Assembly (NCBI RefSeq): GCF_009914755.1
Contig: NC_060931.1
DNA length: 64,000 nt
DNA from: the human T2T-CHM13v2.0 reference genome, Homo sapiens
Direction: 5' to 3' (one strand)
The notes beneath the pieces are model-generated. The model was given only the letters and a program-made list of their open reading frames with translations. It searched no databases and was not told where the DNA came from. The stretch's first letter is position 1; each line of letters starts with the position of its first letter. This document shows, in pieces, positions 54,459 through 64,000 of the stretch. The position numbers were made by a program, and so were the translations under genes.

Positions 54459-54939
54459 TTAGTGCTCTGGGAAATAGAAATTTCATAAGACTGGCTAAAA
54501 GGTAACACGAAATGCCCACCTTAAGGAAAGAATATTACTAGGAATAACTTTGATTGGGAATGGTTCTAGGAACTAGACTAAAACATAAATATCTAGTTTT
54601 GTACCCATATTACCCACATTGTAGATATACTTTTAAGAGCTAGTATTTGCTGAGAGCTTATGAAATGTCAGGCATTGTGCTAAGGTACATGCATCATTAT
54701 CATGTCTCAACTTCATAACAATTCTAGTACCTTTATTATTATTATTACAAAAGAAGAGATAGAGGTTCAGAGATAGTAAGAAACTTTTCTATGGTCACAC
54801 AGCAAGTATCTGACATAACTTGGACTCTAATCCAGGTGAGCCTGACTCCATAACCACTGGGTCATATGGCCTCCCTCTATCCTGGACTTACAGAATCTTT
54901 TTCTGTGAACAGTTAAGTAAGGATCAAGAAAATCAGCCT

Positions 54940-55165
54940 TGAGATCTATTGTACAACTTGGTGATGATAGCTAATAACAATAGATTGTATTGTGAAAAAT
55001 GTTGACAGAGTAGATTTTAAGTGTTCTCACCATAAAAATGACAAGGGTGTTAGATAATTCATATGGTAATTTGCCCAATTTAGTCATTCCACAATGTACA
55101 TACATTTCAAAATATCATTTTCTACATGGTAAATCTATACAATTTTGTCAATTAAAAAATAAAAC
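54940..55165 (+). mobile_element. L1MA-type 3' end
   Basis: gagatctattgtacaac...agagtagattttaagtgttctcacc...ttttgtcaattaaaaaataaaa. Confidence 0.75.
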
Positions 55166-55179
55166 ACTTATTTTACTTA

Positions 55180-55488
55180 ATTTTATTTATTTATTTATTT
55201 ATTTTTGAGATGGAGTTTTGCTCTTGTCGCCCAGGCTGGAGTGCAATGGCACAATCTCAGCTCACTGCAACATCCACCTCCCGATTCAAGGGCTTCTCCT
55301 GCCTCAGGCTCCTGAGTAGCTGGAATTACAGGCGGCCACCACCATGCCTGCCTAATTTTTTGCATTTTTAATAGAGACAGGGTTTCACCATGTTGTCCAG
55401 GCTGGTGTTGAATGCCTGACCTCAGGTGATCCACCCGCCTCAGCCTCCCAAAGTGCTGGGATTATAGGCATGAGCCACTGCAGCCGGC
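55180..55488 (-). mobile_element. Alu (AluSq/Sp-like)
   Basis: gagttttgctcttgtcgcccagg; full dimer. Confidence 0.9.
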
Positions 55489-55910
55489 AGAAAAAAATAA
55501 AACGTTTAAAAAGTCCACCATCTTTACCACACACAAAGAAAAGAAAATCAGCTTTAAGAAAATGATTAAAATATAGCTAACGTAGTCCCCAATATATATA
55601 ACAAGCAAAATAGTAATACACAAACCAGTTTTTTATTGGAAAAAAACACATAGATACAAGTAGAGACAGATAAACTATTTACAGTAGAACAAGTGACAGA
55701 GAATAATAAATGTAATGAAAGATGTATAGTTCCTCTAGTAAGTAATAAATTTTAAAGCACAAGATACCATTTTTCACCCATTAGATGGACAAAAATTAAA
55801 AGATGGATACTTTCTAGCATCGCTAAGCATGTAGGCAAGTGGATACTTCCCCACAGTCTTAATAGATTTCGGGGAAATTTGGTCATGTCTCTTCAAAAAC
55901 TAAATTGTTA

Positions 55911-56212
55911 GTTTTGTTTTGATTTTTCAGAGACAGGGTTTCACTCTGTTGCCCAGGCTGGAGTACAGTGACGCAATCACAGCTCACTGCAGCCTCGGAC
56001 TCCTGAGCTGAAAACAGCCTCCGACCTCAGCCTCCAGAGTAGCTGGAACTACAGGTGCAAGCCACCATGCCTGGCTAATTTTGTTGTTGTTGGTTGGTAG
56101 AGATGGGGTCTATATTGCTTAGGCTGGTATTGAATTCCTGGGCTCAAGTGATCCTCCCTCCTCAGTCTCCCAAAGTGCTGGGATTACAGGCATGAGCCAC
56201 TGTGCCCGGCCT
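55911..56212 (-). mobile_element. Alu (AluJ-like)
   Basis: gagacagggtttcactctgttgccc...gcccggcc. Confidence 0.88.
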
Positions 56213-57187
56213 CAAAAAATAAAATGTGCATACCTTTTGATGCAGCAATTTCAATTCTAAGAACATATCCTACAGAAATATTCCCATATGCATAAATATA
56301 TACATGTACATATATTTTAAGCAGAAGCAATACTTGTAAATTGATAAATAACCTAATATCAATAGTGAGGTTATTAAATAAAACATTGCAAATATATACA
56401 ATGAAATATGCAACTCTTAATATAAATAAGTTTTACTAGTATATTAACATCTAATTAGATATTAATGTACAGTTAACATATAAACTAATATTACCATAAG
56501 CAAAATTTTCACAAAATGTGAAGTGAGGAAACAAAGTATATTGATACTGTGCTTTCTCATTCACTTAAAAACCTATAGATATGTGTATGTGTGAGAATAT
56601 ATATAGAGACATATACTAAAGCATGGGAAAATGTTTAAAATAATACACATTAAAGACTTAAAGAAGAGACCTCTCAAAATGTAGACTGAACCATGGGAAA
56701 GAATATTGCATTATTTGAAAATTTTACAGTAAACCAATGTTCATTCCTTGTTCAGAGGAGGTTTTCCTGACCAGCAGACATCACGCCATCAATTGGTGAT
56801 TCAGGGACCCAGGGTCCTTACACCTCATGGATCTGCCCTCATTTCCACATGGTTCCCATTATTGTCATGTGTGTTGGAGGGAGACAAAGCATGAAAGTTT
56901 CAGTGACCTGGCCCAAAAGTGGACTCTTTATTTCTGCTCACATCCCATTGGCTAAAATTTGGTCACCATGGCAATAAAAAATGCAAGTGATTCTGAGAAA
57001 TGTGGTCTGTATACCCAGGCATAAGAGGAACAATTCTGATAAACATCTAGCAGCCTGTGCCACAGGGAATCAGAGGTTCTGAGTTTCTAGCTCTCTGCCT
57101 CTTCAGGACAATAGTAAAACTCAAAAGAAGTAGAGGGACCAAGAGACTTGGGACTCCTCCACAGCTCTCCATCATCAGCACCTCCAT

Positions 57188-57280
57188 AGAATTTTTTTTC
57201 AATTTTATCTGAATATTTCAATTTTACCTGAATTTTTTTCAATTTTATCAGACAGTAGATTTTTTTTCAATTTTATCTGA
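57188..57280 (+). repeat. Short local tandem repeat, ~4 copies of tttcaattttatctga
   Basis: Seen directly. Confidence 0.75.
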
Positions 57281-57911
57281 AATACAATCCAAATAGAGCT
57301 TCAAGACAAATCCCCTAGCCCCCATTTCAGTACAAACATTCTGAAACTGCTACTGCCCTGATTACCTTCTGAGGGACCCAGACAAAGTCAACCCTGAACC
57401 ATCAAGTCTCAAGATGTTGGGAAATCCTATAAACCTGGATTCAGGTGCGCCATGATCAGCCTTATCCTTATTTTCCTTCCCTGTCTGTAAAATGGTGATA
57501 AGACACCACCCCATTTATTTCAAGGAAATGTGAGCTTCACAAAAGGTAATATACACAGCACTTTGTAAGCTGAAAAGAAGTACTAAAAGTTATTCTTAAT
57601 CATGAAGCATTGAGATCCATCTATTCTCTTCTCTCACCTTTGTTTTCTCCTTCCTTACTTTCTCTATGTATTATTTACCTGATCCTTATAAAAGAGGTAA
57701 AGGATATACACCTACTATGTACCCACAAATATTAAAAGTGTTTTAAAAAATTTAATGTGGTATCTTAAACTAAAACCCACTACAATTTAGTCCCAGGGAA
57801 GGCAGTTCTAGGAAAGAGCCAAACAAGGACATATGAACAAAAGGTAATACTGGGCAATAGGACTGGATTTGAGGTAACCAAATCAGACAGGTGTATGATC
57901 CTTTCTTCTCA

Positions 57912-58385
<474 letters not shown>

Positions 58386-59230
58386 TTAAAATACTAAGTA
58401 ATGAACTCTTCTGGCATGCAGAAGACATCTAGCACTCCATGCCTGCGTGGCTCAACCCTTCCCCATCAGATACAGCAGAACAAAATGTTAGCGTGTGGGC
58501 AATGAAAGTCAGTTAGCAGGCTGTAGCAATGCCACTGATGGAATACTATGACCTCAGAAGCTATCTGCCTTTTTTTGAAGCCAACAACTATCCAGTAGGA
58601 TTTTAGAGGCACTCAAAGCCTTACAATTATCTCTCCCTCCTGCCTTCACATATTCAGAATGTCTTTAGCAAGACAATCTTGTTTCACAATCACAGACAAA
58701 CTTCCCACGCCGATGTATATGTTCATATAGATAGGTTGTGACTAGCAGGTAATAAGTGTCCTGTTTTGATAAGACTTCGAGTCCTAGATACCTGAAGAGG
58801 GTGTGCAGGAAGGGAGGCTAGGGCTCCCCCAACAATTTCATCTATTTTAAACCTTGTCACTTCTGAAACCTGTAATCCCACCAGATTTTTAGCTGTCATT
58901 TAAGTCTCTGAAACCTGCCAGGAGCTTTTCTTAATGCAAAAAACAAACAAAACAAATGTCCACTAAGTTCCACCAATACAGGACTGATTAAGTAAAGACC
59001 AGTATCTTCATACAATGGAATACCATAAAATTATCAACCAACAGTAAACAATATGGATGGTCTCTAGATCTTACATTGAAAAATCTCCAAGACCCATTCA
59101 GAAAAGCAAGAAAAAAGGAAGGGGGTGGATAAACTCTAACTAGATGTGCTTACATATGCATAAAGTCATTCTAGAGGAATACAGAAGAAACTAGGAAGAG
59201 AGAGGTTGAAAACAGGGAAGACGGTGACAA

Positions 59231-59392
59231 GCAGCGGCATATCTAGGCCTGAAGCTTATACAATTTGGGGCAGCTTCTTTAAGAAACAGAATGTGAATGT
59301 ATGAATACAAAATTAGTTCAGAGCTTTGGAAGGGACTCTTGGAAGGGGTTCTAAGCTTAAGCTTTGCTAGCTTCATGGTAAATCCACTACTG
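59231..59392 (+). mobile_element. Arthur1/MER69-like hAT element
   Basis: ggcctgaagcttatacaatttgggg...aagcttaagctttgctagcttcatggtaaatccactactg. Confidence 0.7.
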
Positions 59393-59456
59393 GGGACAAG
59401 TAGGAAAGGGAGAATACAAAAAAAATATTTTTGAAAGCTGATTGAAATCTGAGTCA

Positions 59457-59945
<489 letters not shown>

Positions 59946-60780
59946 GTTTTAAAAACATACAGTTAGTGAGGCATGGAGTGTCATACATTGCTGTAATTTG
60001 GTATAAATGACCTCCATGGAGAAAAGTTTGCCAAAGTCTCCCACAATTACAAATGCACCATTTGACACAGCAATTCTACTTCCAGGAATATAGCCCACAG
60101 GTAGACTAGCATGTGTGCTATGCAACAGATGTAAAGGTTATTCACTGCAGCATTGTTTGTACTGCCAAACTACTGGGAAAAACCTCAGCAGGAGACTACA
60201 CCCATTCAATAAAATCTTGTACAGCTGAAAAATAAATAAGGAAACTATGTGCTAATATAGAACAATCTTCAACCTATATTTTTAAATGATAAATGCAAGT
60301 TTTGAAATATTTTGTGGACTATCATTGATGTAATATATTTCCTGTAAGTGCAAAATATTTTTGGAAGCATTTCACAAACAACTTGTAATATTGGTGCCTT
60401 GAGAGAAGATAATTGGATAGCTGGGAAACATGTGGAGGCAGACATTTACTTCTGTGCTTTTAGCTTTTTTGAAGGATGTCAATGTGTAATTTTTTCAAAA
60501 TATGTCTTGAAGATAAACATAGATCTTTAAAATTTGCAAAATTCACACCAGCCTTAAATTCTAATCAAGCCTGAGACTGTTCAGAGGGAAGCCTGGTGAA
60601 GCCCCAAAGCTTTACATCAATTCCACGTTTGATGCAGATCAAACTAGGGATAAGAAAGGTTGAGAACATTGGGCATTTTTTCCCCTCCACTGGAGGGTAT
60701 ACTACTTACATTAAAAAGACTCATTATTTATTAAATGATTCAATGATTTCGTGATTCTAAATAAAACCTTTTCCAGGGAC

Positions 60781-60899
60781 TTTTTTTTTTTTTTGAGATG
60801 GGGTCTCACTCCGTCACCCAGGCTGGAGTGTAGTGGTGCGATTACAGTTCATTACAACCTCGAACTCCTGGGCTCAAGTGATCCTCCTGCCTCAGCCTC
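60781..60899 (-). mobile_element. Partial Alu
   Basis: poly-T gagatggggtctcactccgtc...gcctcagcctc. Confidence 0.8.
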
Positions 60900-61194
60900 T
60901 GTTCCAGTTCTTCTGTGGGCTCCCAATCCAATGCTTTAGATTCTCAATAATGAAGGGACCTCCTTTTCCCAAGCCCTTTATCAATGAACTCTATTAAGAA
61001 GAGAAGTGTCTGATTCACCAGAGGAGACAGAAAAGAACATTGGTACCCAGTGAGTGTTCCTTTATTTAGAAGGCAAGATCCCTTGGGACATGATTAAAAT
61101 CCAAACCTGAGGACACACATTCTAAAACAAGTGAGATGGGAAGAATATTGGATCCTAAGTACGGTAATTATTCTAAAAAGAAGAAAGTTGCCAG

Positions 61195-61397
61195 TGCCAG
61201 CCTGGGCAGCATAGAGAGACCCCATCTCTACAAAAAATTAGCTGGGTATAGTGGCACACTATGCTACTCGGGAGACTGATGCAGGAGAATTGCTTGAGCC
61301 TGGGACTTCGAGACTGTATTGAGCTATGATCACACCACTGCACTCCAGCCTGGGGGACAGAGTAAGACCCTACCTCGAAAGCAAAACAGAAAGAAAG
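61195..61397 (+). mobile_element. 5'-truncated Alu
   Basis: ccagcctgggcagcatagagagaccccatctctac... Confidence 0.8.
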
Positions 61398-61884
61398 CTG
61401 CAGCTGGTGGAGAATGCTAACTCCACCCTCATACAATTAGAATATATGAGAAGTCTTTTGCTACTAATAGATGGTGCATTCCAGGAGTGATTTAGAGCTA
61501 TGAAGTCATATCAAGATTTACTTTTTTTTTTAAGATGACTAAAATTTTCAGAGCAAGCTTGTGATCCAATGCATTTATTTCCACAAGATGGTGCTATAGC
61601 TTCTGCTAAGTACAAAACTCACATTTCCTTTAGGAACTAGAAATACAAAATATGTTTCTAATGGAGAACCAAATGTGCATACGCTCTGGTGAGTCTGTCA
61701 AAGAAACACATTGTGCAAAAACGTCCCGGTGGAGGTGGAGGTTGATTTAGGCCTAAAGGGTGAAGATTGTTCCAGGTAATAATACTTTCCGCCACCTCCA
61801 CACATACCTGAGTTGATGTCTCAAGGCGTCATGCAGCCTTCAGCCTCCTCTTTGTCCAAAATACTGCTCTTCCTACTATCAGGA

Positions 61885-61901
61885 GTGGGTGTGTGTGTGT
61901 T

Positions 61902-61938
<37 letters not shown>
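61885..61938 (+). repeat. (TG)n microsatellite
   Basis: Seen directly. Confidence 0.95.
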
Positions 61939-61939
<1 letters not shown>

Positions 61940-62560
61940 AGACATGGGATTGAGGAGTGGCCCAGAGCTCCCACCACCATGGAAATGCAGCTCCCATGGC
62001 CACCCACACTTCCACCCAGGGGCAGCTCAAGGCTCACCCCTTCAATAGAGCCTTTCCTTGCCACTCTGTCCTACATGAATCACACCTGCCTAGGGGTACA
62101 AATAATAATGCAACAGAATGTTTTAGAATACCATTTTTCCATTTCCATCTAAGTGTGCCAAGTGTTGGCGGGGGGGTGTGGTGGGCAGAGTCCATTTTAT
62201 AGCCCACAGCAATGAGGATCCTACCTTGAAATTATGCACAGTGATGATATCACAAATGCTGGCAATCTCAAGCAAGTATTCAGCCACCTTGGTTGGCAGC
62301 CTGGGTGACTGGGAGGATGCTGGCCCCGGTTGGCCACTACTTGGACCTAGAAATATGTTAAGTCATCACCTCTTTGGAGTTGTTTGATCATCTCTATCAG
62401 GACAGGATTAAACTGTTCTGATTTTTTTTTAATATCTTGTTTTAATGACTTTAACATCTTCAGTATCCCTCTCCTGACAGAGTCATAGAGGTGGGAATAT
62501 TTGCATCACAAGGGAAATAGAAGGATGTCTCTGCTGAAGTGAATGGCACCTCCCTTCCTA

Positions 62561-63013
<453 letters not shown>

Positions 63014-63096
63014 CTCATCTTTATTCTTGTCTCCATTTTTCTCTATTTTATTCTGTGCCTCTGTGCCTTGGCAGTCAAAAATGTGACATAGCTGTA

Positions 63097-63436
63097 CAGT
63101 CAGCCCTCCTTATCCACAGGCTCCACATCGTAGCTTCAACCAACAATGGATCAAAAAATTCAGGAAAAAAAAATGGATGGTTGTGTCTGTACTGAAAATG
63201 TACAGACTTTTTTTCTTGTTATCGTTCCCTAAACAACACAGTATAACGACTATTTTCATAGGATTTACATTGTACTAGCTATTAATCTAGAGATGTCTTA
63301 AAGTGTACAGGAGGATGTGCATAGGTTATAGGCAAAGACTAAGCCATTTTATGTCAGAGACTTGAGCATCTGGGGATTTTGGTATCTGCAGGGGGTGGGA
63401 AGGGTCCTTGGAACCAATCCCCTAGGATGACTGGAC
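63097..63436 (+). mobile_element. MER2 (TcMar-Tigger) DNA transposon
   Basis: cagtcagccctccttatccacagg...gggattttggtatctgcagggg...ggaaccaatcccc. Confidence 0.8.
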
Positions 63437-64000
63437 ATGGTGGATCACTCCTGCTCTCTTTTGCTACCATATCCTCTCCACTGCCACAGAGGTAAGGGCA
63501 GGGTAAGTGGAAGCCTAGGGCCACAGAGACAACAGGGTACTCTGGGCTCACCATCAAGAGTAGAGAAGGAAACCTGTTGTGCTGCTCTAGGAGTAGAGGA
63601 TGCCTTTTGGAAGATAAGTGGGATAACATGGATTAGGATGGAAAAGAATACTCATACCTAAGAACAATCACTGACTGGGGACTTTGACAGTGGATGGAAC
63701 ACCTCAAGAAATAGGCATCAAGGACATGAGACGAGGGATGAGGCCGAAGACTTTCTATCAGCAAAAAGGAAGGACAGAGTTAGGCTGAACTAAAGACATT
63801 TCTGTGTTCAAAATAAACAGCATGCTGTTATTGGGTTTGTCTTATATTATTATGTCTATCAGAAGAAGAGTACACAAAGATACAACTTACTTATACATAC
63901 TTATAACTTACACAACTTACTTATTATGTCTATCAGAATACACAAAGATACAATTTATTCTTTGAATAGCAGCAGATTTTAGTCTAAAACAGAAAAGATA

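Overview
Human (or near-identical great-ape) genomic DNA, recognisable as the 7q35 segmental-duplication cluster. Gene content left to right: a truncated OR2-family pseudogene fragment (likely OR2AO1P, ~5.2-5.6 kb, +); an intronless 777-aa CTAGE retrogene (CTAGE4-type, 11981-14314, +); a tail-to-tail truncated ARHGEF5 paralogue (ARHGEF35, 484 aa, -) with a CpG-island promoter near 24.1 kb; a single-stop OR2A pseudogene (OR2A9P/OR2A20P-type, 29282-30214, +); and an intact OR2A1/OR2A42-type receptor (48042-48974, +). The rest is Alu, L1, L2/MIR, MaLR/ERV LTRs, DNA transposons and microsatellites. I found no prokaryote-type system (CRISPR etc.) and no convincing novel protein-coding gene. The most notable unexplained structures are: (1) a ~0.9-kb-arm palindrome plus a third copy with a 48-bp perfect inverted match upstream of the intact OR; (2) one old L1 hosting the CTAGE retrocopy, a diverged U6 retrocopy and the ARHGEF35 breakpoint/stop codon, with convergent poly(A) signals 40 bp apart; (3) an ancient ~18.8-kb tandem duplication homogenised only across the OR CDS; (4) a CpG-island promoter positioned to transcribe the OR genes in sense; (5) a locally templated ~27-bp insertion in a THE1 LTR; (6) a gene order and OR allele that seem to differ from my recollection of the reference assembly. 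Repeat subfamily names and comparisons to reference sequences are from memory and need checking.
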